A DNA stretch of 64,000 nt, taken from NCBI GenBank assembly GCA_963796685.1, contig CAWCMR010000008.1, positions 288,001 through 352,000 of the forward strand, written 5' to 3'. Below the pieces are notes generated by a model. The model was not told the origin of the DNA, ran no database searches, and worked only from the letters and a program-made list of their open reading frames with translations. This DNA is from an uncultured delta proteobacterium (GTDB lineage: Bacteria > Myxococcota_A > Polyangia > Fen-1088). The position numbers and the translations under genes were made by a program. How positions within the stretch are numbered: the stretch's first letter is position 1; every line of letters starts with the position of its first letter. Shown here piece after piece: positions 40,829 to 52,175 of the stretch.

Positions 40829-40945
40829 CACCTTGTTCTCGCCACGAATCCCGGCGAACCCCTGCAGCCTGAACGGCCGCTCGTTTCCTACCACGTCGAA
40901 GATGGGACGGTGCTGATCCTGACCGCCATCGGCGGCGGGGTCTAG
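40829..40945 (+). pseudogene. C-terminal fragment of a ubiquitin-like protein
   Basis: HLVLATNPGEPLQPERPLVSYHVEDGTVLILTAIGGGV*; beta-grasp-like end with GG, 5 nt before the E2-like gene. Confidence 0.6.
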
Positions 40946-40950
40946 GCGCT

Positions 40951-41442
40951 ATGGCCGTCGACAAGGAAATCACGAGACAGCATCTCCGCGAGGAGCTCGC
41001 CCTAGTCGAGGCGCTTGCCAAGACCTACGGCTGGGACGTGACCGTCGACTACGAGACGCTGACCGTGACCGTGAAGATGGGCGCGCCCAACGGCGACCGC
41101 TACATCGTAGAGATGGTCTGCGACGACTACGAAGAGAAGCCGCCCTACATCGAGTTCATCGACCCCGACACGCAGGAAAGGGGAATTCCGCAGGCCTACC
41201 CGAAAGGGAAGAAGGACTCGTTCTTCCATCAGTCGGGACCGTGCATCTGCGCGCCGTTCAGCCGCAAAGCCTACAAATCGATCTGCCCAGCCGCGCCTCA
41301 TGAGGACTGGAGCTTCGGAAACTGGCAAACGTCGACGGTGAACAACGTGTCCTGGGCGGACTACTCCAAGCTTGGTGACATGCTGGGGCTCATCTACACT
41401 CGTATCAGCCGCGCCGACCACTACGCCGGCCGGATGGCTTAG
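40951..41442 (+). CDS. Bacterial E2-like ubiquitin-conjugating protein
   Basis: DDYEEKPPYIEFIDP, FFH...PCICAP, H-x-x-W; lies between Ubl and E1-like fragments. Confidence 0.65.
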   Translation: MAVDKEITRQHLREELALVEALAKTYGWDVTVDYETLTVTVKMGAPNGDRYIVEMVCDDYEEKPPYIEFIDPDTQERGIPQAYPKGKKDSFFHQSGPCICAPFSRKAYKSICPAAPHEDWSFGNWQTSTVNNVSWADYSKLGDMLGLIYTRISRADHYAGRMA

Positions 41443-41625
41443 TTATGTGGCATCCCTTCCGGCCACGAGCGACGGGAATGTCCTCGGCGCCATCGCGGCC
41501 TGCTGCCTAGGGGTTGGGCAGCTGTTCAAGCTGGCTACGCGCCTCCCCGACGAACGGCTGATACGCGATGGCGTGTTTGACCTCTTCACTCTTGACTGGT
41601 CGCAGTCACAGGAAACCCGGCATCC
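41443..41625 (+). pseudogene. Internal fragment of a ThiF/E1-like enzyme
   Basis: NVLGAIAACCLGVGQLFK...FDLFT resembles the segment preceding the Rossmann fold in bacterial E1s. Confidence 0.45.
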
Positions 41626-41869
41626 GGGCGACCTTCACGGCTTGCGTGGAACCCACACCGACCTTGCACTCTTGGCGGCGGCGACGCCGCTCTCGGTGAG
41701 CAAGGCACTCGGGCACGAATCACTAACCACCACGTATCGACACTACGCCGACGAAGGAATCACCCAGAGACGAGAACACGAGAGGGCGGTTGAATTCCTC
41801 GCTCCGCAAAAACCACCAGAGATCGAGCCGGCGGCGCCCGCCGGCTCTGCCTCCCGTCTCCCGAACTAG
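41626..41869 (+). pseudogene. Tyrosine recombinase (integrase) C-terminal fragment
   Basis: HGLRGT...ALGH...TTYRHY; next to the tRNA 3' end. Confidence 0.75.
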
Positions 41870-41983
41870 CGGGTAACTGAAAAATAGTTACCCCGGAGTT
41901 ACCCGCCCCAATTTAGGGGTGATTTTGGGAAGCAACGAGCCAGAGCCAAGAAGAAAAAGCCTTACAAAACAAGGGCTTTTGAG

Positions 41984-42065
41984 TGCGGGAAGGGGGACTC
42001 GAACCCCCACTTCTTTCGAAACCAGATCCTAAGTCTGGCGCGTCTACCAGTTCCGCCATCCCCGC
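41984..42065 (-). tRNA. tRNA-Leu (anticodon TAG)
   Basis: GCGGGGATGGCGGAACTGGTAGACGCGCCAGACTTAGGATCTGG...GGTTCGAGTCCCCCTTCCCGCA; long variable arm; CCA not encoded. Confidence 0.95.
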
Positions 42066-42212
42066 GTCATGGGTGTGCTCCAGCGGACCCGATAGTGCCA
42101 AGGTCCGCCGTGGCAAACAAGTCCGATTCCGCTCAGGCCATGTCTGACAAGTGCAGAACGCCCGTGCTGAACCGACTCGCCTCGACACACTCGGCGGTGC
42201 TAGAAAATCACC

Positions 42213-44882
42213 ATGCTCAGCACTGCACCCGTCACCTTCACACCCACCCAAGACACTGAGGCATTCGAGACCCTCGTTCATCTGGCGGGACGGCGAACGC
42301 TGCCCGTTTCCGCGGAGCTGCTGGCGGAGCACGCGATGGCCTTGCCGGGAGGTTGGGACTGGCCCGTCAGGCGGGCGGCGTTCGAGGCGATCTTGCGCCG
42401 GCTCGCCTCGGCGCGCGGGCAGGAGCTGACCGTCGTGAAGTCGCCCCGGGGCGGGCCATTCGGCGACTACACCCTGCGTAGCCGCCAGACCGCTGGCGAT
42501 CTTCGCTACGCCGTTCGCCTGTATGCCGTGGCCCCCCTGCAGGGAAGCTGCGACTGCCCGGACTTTCTGCGTGGCGCCCTTGGGCTGTGCAAGCACTTGC
42601 TGGCGGTCGTCGATCACCTCGCGGCAAAGCCGCGGCTCTGGCGAGAGGCCCAAGATGCCACAAACCACCCGGCTGCGCTGCTGCCGCGCCTGCGTTGGGA
42701 TGCGACGCTGGCTCCGGCTGGCGCCTTCGATCCGTTGCGTGCACTTTGCCTGCAGACCGTCGGCGCCTCGGCGCGCGCTCGACCGCCGGCCGGACTGCTG
42801 CGCCTCTTTCGGCCCACCAAATCCGGGCTCTTGCACCTCGATGAAACCCACGATGAAGATCCCGAAGCGCGCTTGCAGCTGGTCGCCGAGCTGCAAAGGT
42901 ACCAACGCCTTGCCGGATCCGGGGCGGATCCCGCGGTGGGGGCGGTCCTCGGCGACGAGCGCAATCGCCTGGAACGCATTCTGCGCCTGCTCGCGAATGC
43001 GCGAGGGCTGCGGGGAGCCAGCAGCCACGGCAAGCGCCGCCTCTATGACTATCAGAAGGCGGGCGTCGAGTGCTTCCTGACCCGGGGTCGGTTGGTGCTC
43101 GCCGATGACATGGGGCTGGGCAAGACCACGCAGGCCATCGTGGCCGCGGCGGCACTTCAGGAAGTCGGGTTGGTGCGCCGCGGACTGTTCATTGTTCCGG
43201 CGTCGCTGAAATCGCAGTGGCAGCGCGAGTGGCAGGCCGTGAGCTCGGCTCCGTTGGTGATCGTGGAAGGCGGCCCGGAGGCCCGACGCGAGGTCTACGC
43301 CAAGACACGCCGTGGATTTCTGGTGACCAACTACGAGCAGGTCGTGCGCGATCTCGACGCCATTGCGGCCTGGGGCGCCGATCTGGTCGTGCTCGACGAG
43401 GCCCAGCGGATCAAGAACTGGTCCACACGCACGGCGCTCACCATCAAGCACCTTCGTCCCGCCTATCGCCTGGTGCTGACCGGCACGCCGATGGAAAATC
43501 GCCTGGAAGAGCTGGCATCGATCGTCGAGTGGGTCGATGACCGCGCGCTCGAACCCAAATGGCGGCTTCTGCCCTTGCACTCCGCCTATGCCGATGGCTC
43601 GCGCGAGGTGACCGGTGCACGCAACCTGACGGCCTTGCGGGCCCGCCTCGCGCCGGTGCTGTTGCGCCGGCTGCGCTCCGAGGTGCTGGCCCAGCTCCCG
43701 CTCCGCCAGGACACCGTGGTGCCGGTGGCGCTGACGGAAGAGCAGCGAGCTGCCCATGACGATCTCAACCTTCCCATCGCGAAGCTTCTTGCCATGGGCA
43801 AGCGTCGGCCGCTCTCCCCACCCGAATTCCTGCGGCTCATGAGCCTGCTTACCACCCAGCGCGTGATCGCGAACGGGATGGCTCAGCTCAACTTCAAGGA
43901 GACGTGGCCGGACCTACGACTGCGCGTGCCCACGCCCAAGTTGCTCGAGTCGCTGGCCACGCCCAAGCTCAACGAGCTGCGCGAGCTGGTCGGCAGCCTG
44001 GTCGTCACCCAAAAACGCAAGGTCGTGGTCTTCAGCCAGTGGCGGCGCATGCTCGAGCTTGCGGCGTGGGCCGTTTCGGATCTGCTCGCGCCCGAGGGGC
44101 TACGCGCCATGTTCTTTACCGGCCAAGAGGGACTGCGGCGACGAACGCAAAACCTCGTCGATTTTCACGACGATCCCAAAGCCGCGATCCTGTTTCTCAG
44201 CGATGCGGGTGGCGTGGGGTTGAATCTGCAGAAGGCGGCCAACGCCTGCATCAACCTGGAGCTGCCCTGGAATCCCGCCGTGCTCGAGCAGCGCATCGGG
44301 CGCATCCACCGCCTGGGACAAAAGCGGCCGATTGATGTCTACAATCTGGTCAGCCAGCAATGCATCGAGGAACGCATCGCCGGCATCGTTTCGGACAAAC
44401 GAGCCCTCTTCAAGGGACTCTTCGAGGGCGGCAGCGACCAGATCGCCTTCGAGCGCTCCTCGTCGTTCATGACCCTGCTGGAGCGCCTGATCGAACCGCC
44501 CTCCGTCCCGGCGCCGGACGCCGTCGCGGAAACCGTGGACACCGCCGCGACCGACGAGAGCGAGGCTCCCGCCATCGAGGTGGAAGAGATGATCGATGCC
44601 GCAAACGCGGCGGGACAGGAAACTCCCGCGCTGCAGCCGGAGGGGTCGCTCCTGTCTTCCATTTCTTCTTCGCCCCCGATTGCCGGAGACGCCCCGGTTG
44701 CGCGCCTGTTCGAGGCGATCAGGGTCGAGCGCGGCAGCGACGGCAGCCTGCGCATCGAGGCGCCTCCAGCCGCCGCCGGTGCGCTCGCCGCGCTCTTCGA
44801 CGGCATGGCGCGATTGCTGACCGACGTCGCGGCGCCCCCTCCCGCAGCACCAGAGGCGCATCCTCCTTCGTTGCCATCGTAA
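42213..44882 (+). CDS. SWIM-domain SNF2-family helicase
   Basis: CDCPD...CKH, LADDMGLGKT, DEAQ, LTGTP, GLNL, QRIGRIHR. Confidence 0.92.
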   Translation: MLSTAPVTFTPTQDTEAFETLVHLAGRRTLPVSAELLAEHAMALPGGWDWPVRRAAFEAILRRLASARGQELTVVKSPRGGPFGDYTLRSRQTAGDLRYAVRLYAVAPLQGSCDCPDFLRGALGLCKHLLAVVDHLAAKPRLWREAQDATNHPAALLPRLRWDATLAPAGAFDPLRALCLQTVGASARARPPAGLLRLFRPTKSGLLHLDETHDEDPEARLQLVAELQRYQRLAGSGADPAVGAVLGDERNRLERILRLLANARGLRGASSHGKRRLYDYQKAGVECFLTRGRLVLADDMGLGKTTQAIVAAAALQEVGLVRRGLFIVPASLKSQWQREWQAVSSAPLVIVEGGPEARREVYAKTRRGFLVTNYEQVVRDLDAIAAWGADLVVLDEAQRIKNWSTRTALTIKHLRPAYRLVLTGTPMENRLEELASIVEWVDDRALEPKWRLLPLHSAYADGSREVTGARNLTALRARLAPVLLRRLRSEVLAQLPLRQDTVVPVALTEEQRAAHDDLNLPIAKLLAMGKRRPLSPPEFLRLMSLLTTQRVIANGMAQLNFKETWPDLRLRVPTPKLLESLATPKLNELRELVGSLVVTQKRKVVVFSQWRRMLELAAWAVSDLLAPEGLRAMFFTGQEGLRRRTQNLVDFHDDPKAAILFLSDAGGVGLNLQKAANACINLELPWNPAVLEQRIGRIHRLGQKRPIDVYNLVSQQCIEERIAGIVSDKRALFKGLFEGGSDQIAFERSSSFMTLLERLIEPPSVPAPDAVAETVDTAATDESEAPAIEVEEMIDAANAAGQETPALQPEGSLLSSISSSPPIAGDAPVARLFEAIRVERGSDGSLRIEAPPAAAGALAALFDGMARLLTDVAAPPPAAPEAHPPSLPS

Positions 44883-44885
44883 CAG

Positions 44886-45067
44886 TCAGGCGAGAACCGT
44901 GAGACCAAGCGCGCGAAAGTCGCGGTCGAAGGCCGGGCAGGCCATGTCACCCAGCCGTTGCCTACGATGACGAACGAGACCGCATCGCAGTAAGAGAGGC
45001 GGCGCCTGGGTGCCAGACGTCGAAAGACCTCCAGCGCGGCGGCGTGGTCGGTCGATATCCCTGGCAA
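44886..45067 (-). pseudogene. VapC/PIN C-terminal remnant
   Basis: LSYCDAVSFVIV, then in a shifted frame AFDRDFRALG*. Confidence 0.55.
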
Positions 45068-45152
45068 ACAGCTACGCTATCTCCTGGTGAAGCGAATCTT
45101 CAAAAAGCGCCGGCCGCGAAGAAGCATCGAACTGGCCACGTGCATACCCAGC

Positions 45153-45248
45153 TCACGGTCCGATAATCGCAATTGCCTCGTCGGAGAAGGTGAGCTGCTC
45201 GACGTGGTCTGCCATGACCAGGAAGGTGTTTTCGATTCGGACTCCCTG
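45153..45248 (-). pseudogene. Possible M24 (Xaa-Pro) peptidase C-terminal scrap
   Basis: QGVRIENTFLV...EQLT...* with no upstream gene body. Confidence 0.35.
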
Positions 45249-45256
45249 GGATCAGC

Positions 45257-47041
45257 TTACCGCGGTGGCGGGCCGTAGAGAGTCTTGCGTTTCTGGATAT
45301 AGCCGAAGGACGCGCCAATCGGCCACGTCCACTCTTGCAGCAGATTCCCGTTGGCGTCGACCTCGTCCAGCACACCCTGGGTCGAGTAGCCGATGACGGT
45401 GTTGCCGTTCTCCATGCGCTGCAGGTCGCCCATGATGTCGTTCTGTACGTCGGTCTTGTACGACCACACCTTCGAGACCTTCTTGGCGGTCAGGTCCAGC
45501 TTGATCTCCAAAGCGATCGAGCCCGAGCCGTCTCCATTCGACGAGCCGGTGCCGCCCATCGAGATCCGGCTGTTGTTGTTGAAAATCATCAGGTGATCGA
45601 CCCCGAGGACGTGGATACCGTGCTCGCTGCCCTGCCAGGTGTCTCCCGTGAAGGTGGCGTGAGCGCCGTTCAGGATCCACACCGTCGAGCCGTCGCTCCG
45701 CTTGACCTTGACGACAACCTGGTTGTCGAGGTCGGAGAAGACCAGGGTATCGTCGTCCTTCGAGTACTGGATGTTGTTCAGGTGACAGGCGCTGGCTCCG
45801 CCTTCGGCGGCGCCCGAATTGACGATGGTCTTCACGGTACCGCTCGGCGAGTACTCCTTGATGTCCTCGCAGTTCTTGCTCGTGTTGTAGGCATAGAAGG
45901 CCACGGTCTCGTCAGGAAGGACGGTCACTTGGTGATTCATCCCGTCGAACTCCTTGGACTTGTCCTGGACGGTAAGCCCGTCCATCGACACCCGTTGGAC
46001 GACCGTGGTCTGTTCCGGCACGTTGGAATTGTTGATCCATACCCACTGTCCGTCGTAGCTCATGACCAGGTTGTTCGCGTCCTTGGGGAACTTGTAGGCC
46101 CACACCATATCGCCGTCGGCGTCGACGATGTAGGCCGGGATGCCTCCGCTGCCACCCATGCTGACGAACTGACCGGTCAGCAGGAACCCGCCATAGAGCT
46201 TGCTCTTGTCCTTCGTCGTGACGGCGATCTTGGGCAGGCCGTTCATCAACGCGCCGGTCTGGATGGTGGCATCCGGTCCGACGCAGTCACCGTCGCTTCC
46301 GGTGGCGGTGATGCGGTAGTGGTAGGTCTTCGATTGCTTCATGCCGAGGAGCAGGCTCGTGTTGTTCCCGCTCGCAGGTTTGTCCACGGGCGCGGTCATG
46401 CCATAGCTTGTGTCCAGCCCGAAGTCGATCTTGGCCGACTTCAAACCGGAGATGGTCGACGACCACGTGACGATGCCCACGGTGGCGATGGCCGAGCTAG
46501 TCTTGGCCGATTGGGTGATGCAGTCTCCTGCGACGGTGGTGCCGGTACCGCCGGCACCACTGCCAGAGCCACCACTGCCTGCGACCCCGCCCTGCCCCGC
46601 GCTGCCGCCGTTGCCGGTCCTTCCCCCCGTGCCAGCCCCGCCGCCGTTTCCGGTCGTGCCCCCGCCAGCCCCGGCTCCACCTGAGCCGGTGCCGCCTGCG
46701 GCTCCACCTGAACCACCGGAACCCGCTCTGCCCCCCGAACCTTGCCGCCCGCCGGACCCCTGCTCCCCGCCCGTTGCATCGCTCCCCGAGCTGATGCCAC
46801 CGGAACCACCTCTGCCACCGCTGCCCTTCCCACCGGACCCCTGGGCGCCGGCCGAGCCCTGCCCGCCCCCGGATCCTTGTCCCCCGGCCGTTGCCCCTCC
46901 GCTGTTCTGAGCGCGGTTGCCGCTGGTCTCGGCACGGCAACCCGTGAGCATGGCGACGGCAAGGACCACGCAGAATAGCCGTGGCCACGTGAAGACTCGG
47001 TCACCAAGGATGCATGCTTCGTTCGCTTCGAGTGTTGACAT
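45257..47041 (-). CDS. Lipoprotein with Gly-rich linker, FN3-like domain and arylsulfotransferase-like beta-propeller (start uncertain)
   Basis: Lipobox LTGC, GGxGSGG repeats, YHYRITA, HLN, EHG, QRMENGNTVI. Confidence 0.75.
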   Translation of the reverse strand: MSTLEANEACILGDRVFTWPRLFCVVLAVAMLTGCRAETSGNRAQNSGGATAGGQGSGGGQGSAGAQGSGGKGSGGRGGSGGISSGSDATGGEQGSGGRQGSGGRAGSGGSGGAAGGTGSGGAGAGGGTTGNGGGAGTGGRTGNGGSAGQGGVAGSGGSGSGAGGTGTTVAGDCITQSAKTSSAIATVGIVTWSSTISGLKSAKIDFGLDTSYGMTAPVDKPASGNNTSLLLGMKQSKTYHYRITATGSDGDCVGPDATIQTGALMNGLPKIAVTTKDKSKLYGGFLLTGQFVSMGGSGGIPAYIVDADGDMVWAYKFPKDANNLVMSYDGQWVWINNSNVPEQTTVVQRVSMDGLTVQDKSKEFDGMNHQVTVLPDETVAFYAYNTSKNCEDIKEYSPSGTVKTIVNSGAAEGGASACHLNNIQYSKDDDTLVFSDLDNQVVVKVKRSDGSTVWILNGAHATFTGDTWQGSEHGIHVLGVDHLMIFNNNSRISMGGTGSSNGDGSGSIALEIKLDLTAKKVSKVWSYKTDVQNDIMGDLQRMENGNTVIGYSTQGVLDEVDANGNLLQEWTWPIGASFGYIQKRKTLYGPPPR

Positions 47042-47213
47042 TGCCTTGTCCGTTCTGCTTCAACTGGCCGCGGCAGTCGCCATGGCGAGGAGCTTGGTCC
47101 GAAGTTCCCTGAAATCCGGTGCAGAGTACGCAGAGTACAGTGATTTCGTGCGCCCTACAATGAGCGCACGTGGGCACAGTGAAGCAGTTGTTATTGTGGA
47201 CCTTTTTGTGCGG

Positions 47214-47285
47214 GCAGCGCATCGGCCGCATCCACCTCCTGGGGCAGAAGCTGCCAATTGATGTCTACAATCTGGTCAGCCAGCA
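47214..47285 (+). repeat. 72-bp diverged copy of the SNF2 motif VI coding segment (44288-44359)
   Basis: GCAGCGCATCGG.CGCATCCACC..CTGGG...ATTGATGTCTACAATCTGGTCAGCCAGCA at both sites. Confidence 0.8.
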
Positions 47286-47291
47286 GATCGC

Positions 47292-47894
47292 CTACTTGGC
47301 GTCTTCCGGACGCGTCACGCTGCGGATCGTTGCCCGCACCACCGTCTCGAAGCCGAGCTTCATCGGGTTGTAGACGCGCATCTCGATCTGCACCGGACCC
47401 GATCCCTTGCAATAGGTCGTGCGTGTGACCCGGTCGGGCTGGCTGCGTACTTCCTCGACGACGGCACAGTCGTGGTAGCTACCCGACGGCAGCGTGACAT
47501 CTCGCCCGGCCTCGACCACGGTGGCATGGCCGCTCGATACCGGCCAGGTGGCGCCGACGAGCACGGGGAGCTTCACGAGATAGTCGCCAGGCTGCCCGCC
47601 CTGGTCGCGGGCGATCCCGTCGGGCTGGATGAGGTATTCGATGGTGGCGTCGCCGTTCTTGACCACGGCCACGTTTCCTCGCCGCTCGCTCACGGAGTAG
47701 AGCGCGAGAACCTTCCCGCCGTCGCTCTCGACGTCGTAGGCCCAGCCCCAGTTGGGCAGCAGCGGGTAGTAGTCGAGCGCGGGGTTGCCGGTCAGGCTAG
47801 CCGAGCTCGCCGTGTGCGAGGTCGCGCACCCGGGCGCGGCCATCGCCAGCAGCGCGAGAACGGTAGAGAGTCGTCGCGTGGAAAGGAGGCGCAT
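47292..47894 (-). CDS. Hypothetical lipoprotein
   Basis: Signal peptide ending APGC; YYPL...W.Y and VTLPSGSY.DC beta-rich pattern. Confidence 0.7.
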   Translation of the reverse strand: MRLLSTRRLSTVLALLAMAAPGCATSHTASSASLTGNPALDYYPLLPNWGWAYDVESDGGKVLALYSVSERRGNVAVVKNGDATIEYLIQPDGIARDQGGQPGDYLVKLPVLVGATWPVSSGHATVVEAGRDVTLPSGSYHDCAVVEEVRSQPDRVTRTTYCKGSGPVQIEMRVYNPMKLGFETVVRATIRSVTRPEDAK

Positions 47895-48035
47895 CGCTTG
47901 AGTAGACCGCAGAAGCGCCGTCTTGGATAGTTACCAGGCCGTGGAATCCGTTCCGGGGCACGACCTTGGCGGGAGCTCTCTCAGAAAACTGAGGTGGCGG
48001 AGCGCTAACCACGCAGTTTCCAGGGTCGAAGCGAT

Positions 48036-48051
48036 TGGCGCGGGCCTTGCT
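48036..48051 (+). promoter_or_regulatory. Sigma54 promoter
   Basis: TGGCGC-GGGCC-TTGCT is a full consensus match. Confidence 0.7.
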
Positions 48052-48065
48052 ACAATTGGAAACGC

Positions 48066-49055
48066 ATGCGGTATGTCCTCAGATTCCTCGGTGCGGCCTC
48101 CTTGGCCGCGCTGCTGGCCACTTGGCCGGGGCAAGCCGCCGCGCAAGGCCCCGACTCGCCCGCGCTACGCCGGGCAGTTTCGGAATTCGCCCGCCTGCGG
48201 GCCGACCTGGACCGCATCAACGCCGAGGTCGCGCAGCTCAAGCGAGCCGATCCGACGGTTCGCAACGACTACCGACTACGCGAACGGATGGCCGACGCGG
48301 AAGCCTTGGCACTGAAGGTGACCCAAGCCGAGGCGAAGTTACGCGCTCAAGGCTGGGTGGGAGGCGCGGTCTCCGACCAGGCCGCACTCGTGGCCCCTCC
48401 GCAAGCGCTGCCCCAGGACGGCAGCGTCGAGCTGGAGGCCAAGGCAGGCCTCTTCGCGGACCAGGCCAGAAAGCTCGATCGGCAAGCGAGCCTCTTGGCC
48501 AAGGCGGCGGGCGAGCTGCGCATCCGAAGGACGCTGCGCCGACGGGCAGGCGCCTGGGATCGGGACCCTTTCTCCGGGCTCGAAACCTCGAAACGCAGCC
48601 TCGCGGTTTCGGCGCCGACGCAAAAGATAGGTACAGCGGGCCCAGGCACGGACTCGCCCCTGCGCGGCGGTAACGGCGCCAGCACCACGCAGACCGCCGC
48701 GGTGGGAGGCGGTGCGAGCACGACGGGAGGCGCCTCTGCCAGCTCTTCCACTCTGCCCCCGGTCTTAGGCCCGGCCGCGACGAGCGATAGCGCGACCAAG
48801 GAAGCCACCGTCGCTTCCGAAGCCGCCACGTCCGCGAAGACGTCTCCTTTGACCCAGAGCTTGGACCGCCCATCCTTCGAGCAGCACCTCTACCTGGATT
48901 CCGCCACCGTGGCGGAGCTGCGCCACACGCTCGGCGCACCAGGGGCTGCCTCGGATCCCGACGCGCTCGATCGCGCCGCCGCGACGTTGCACGCCCGCGC
49001 GCGCGCCTTGAACGCACAGGCGCAGGCCTTACTGGTCAGGAGCCGGGCACCGTGA
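48066..49055 (+). CDS. Hypothetical secreted coiled-coil protein
   Basis: Signal peptide (AAA/QG), helical N- and C-terminal parts, Ser/Thr/Ala-rich linker. Confidence 0.65.
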   Translation: MRYVLRFLGAASLAALLATWPGQAAAQGPDSPALRRAVSEFARLRADLDRINAEVAQLKRADPTVRNDYRLRERMADAEALALKVTQAEAKLRAQGWVGGAVSDQAALVAPPQALPQDGSVELEAKAGLFADQARKLDRQASLLAKAAGELRIRRTLRRRAGAWDRDPFSGLETSKRSLAVSAPTQKIGTAGPGTDSPLRGGNGASTTQTAAVGGGASTTGGASASSSTLPPVLGPAATSDSATKEATVASEAATSAKTSPLTQSLDRPSFEQHLYLDSATVAELRHTLGAPGAASDPDALDRAAATLHARARALNAQAQALLVRSRAP

Positions 49056-49121
49056 CCACGATCGACAATTCCTCCGTCAAGATACGCGTTCGTGCCTGAG
49101 TTCAGGCTAGTATCGCGCGGG

Positions 49122-50246
49122 ATGCGTCTGCGCATCGTCGCCATATTCGGATTCTACTTGTGTAGCCTTGGCTCGCGAGCTCGTGCCGATCAGGTCCGCT
49201 ACGACTGGCGTATCGAAGACGGCCTCGAATACGACACCAACCCGTCTCGTGCCGAGAGCATCGCAGGGGGCGACTTGCAGCCGGCCTCGCCAGCCTCGCT
49301 TCTGACGCGACTCGTGGCCTCGGGGAGCCTCTCGACCCCGCTCGGCGAAAGAAACGTTCTGGCCGCCTCGGGCGCTCTCGGTGGCAAGTGGTTCATCGAT
49401 GGCGCCGCGCGGGCCGACAACGTGTCGGTTGTGCAAGGCACGGCCACCGACAGCTTGCGGCTCGGCCAGCGCACACAGGTGGACTTGACCGGCGCCTACT
49501 ACGATGTCTACCAACGGCGATCGTTCGACTTGCCCGATTTCCGCTCGACCGCGCCCTCGCTGCGACTGGACCAGGGTCTTGGCAAGTCCATTCTCGCCTC
49601 GCTCGGCGCGGGCTACCGCTGGTTCACCTTCAAACCCGACGGCGACTACACCTTTGCGGCCCCCACCGCGTTCGTCGCGATTCGACAGACGCTACCCGGC
49701 GACCTTCTCTCCGGTGGTGCGGACTGGGAATGGAGCGCGGGCGGGAGTGTGGAAGAGCGCAACTTCGACGGACCCGCTTGTACGGCCACCGGCTGCGGCG
49801 ACCAAGCAGGCGTTTCGCGCCACCGCGATCGATTCTGGATTGGGCACGCCGAATTCAGCCGCACGGGAAGTTGGCTGTTCGGCTTGGGAGCGGCGATGCA
49901 CATCAACCAGTCGAACAGCTACGGCGAAGCCCTCCTGCGCGGGCTCTTCCACGCGCGCGCCGTGATTCCCCTGCCGTGGGGCTTGTCGCTGTCTGCCCGC
50001 GGCGAGGTGGTGGCCACCCGCTACGCCGATCCCCTGACCTTCGTACAGCCCGTGGTGGGACTGCCCAGCACCAGCATCGAGGACGAGGCCCGCAGCACCT
50101 TCCGCGTCGATCTGGCGCGTCTTGTCGAGGGGCGACTCGAGCTCGGCGCACGCTATGTCTACTACACCAGCGCGCCGACCTCGGGCGCACTGGGATACCG
50201 CCGCCAGACTGTGCTTCTTTACCTCGCATTTCTCGACGAAAGTTAG
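49122..50246 (+). CDS. Putative outer-membrane beta-barrel protein
   Basis: Signal peptide ending ARA, YDTN motif, alternating amphipathic strands. Confidence 0.65.
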   Translation: MRLRIVAIFGFYLCSLGSRARADQVRYDWRIEDGLEYDTNPSRAESIAGGDLQPASPASLLTRLVASGSLSTPLGERNVLAASGALGGKWFIDGAARADNVSVVQGTATDSLRLGQRTQVDLTGAYYDVYQRRSFDLPDFRSTAPSLRLDQGLGKSILASLGAGYRWFTFKPDGDYTFAAPTAFVAIRQTLPGDLLSGGADWEWSAGGSVEERNFDGPACTATGCGDQAGVSRHRDRFWIGHAEFSRTGSWLFGLGAAMHINQSNSYGEALLRGLFHARAVIPLPWGLSLSARGEVVATRYADPLTFVQPVVGLPSTSIEDEARSTFRVDLARLVEGRLELGARYVYYTSAPTSGALGYRRQTVLLYLAFLDES

Positions 50247-50358
50247 GTTTCTTCGCAGGCCAAGTTTTCGACCTTCGTCGTTGACTTCCCGGGTTCGGAG
50301 GCAAAGAATGACTGCCCGAGTTGAGGTACGAACGCATGATCGCAACTCGGGTACTTGA

Positions 50359-52074
<1,716 letters not shown>

Positions 52075-52159
52075 CCAGACAGCTCGGGCCAGGAGCCAGG
52101 CTCAGATGTCACGAATTCCGTGCTTCCACAGGCGATTTGCGTCTTTTTCTCTTGACCCT

Positions 52160-52175
52160 AGCAATCTGCGTACCA
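52160..52175 (-). promoter_or_regulatory. Antisense sigma54 site upstream of rpoN
   Basis: Minus strand reads TGGTAC-GCAGA-TTGCT, adjacent to a TTGACC on the plus strand. Confidence 0.62.

Noticed and set aside
46540-46900. Gly-rich and Ig repeats as a CRISPR array
   Set aside because: They are coding repeats with no constant repeat-spacer period, and no cas genes are present.
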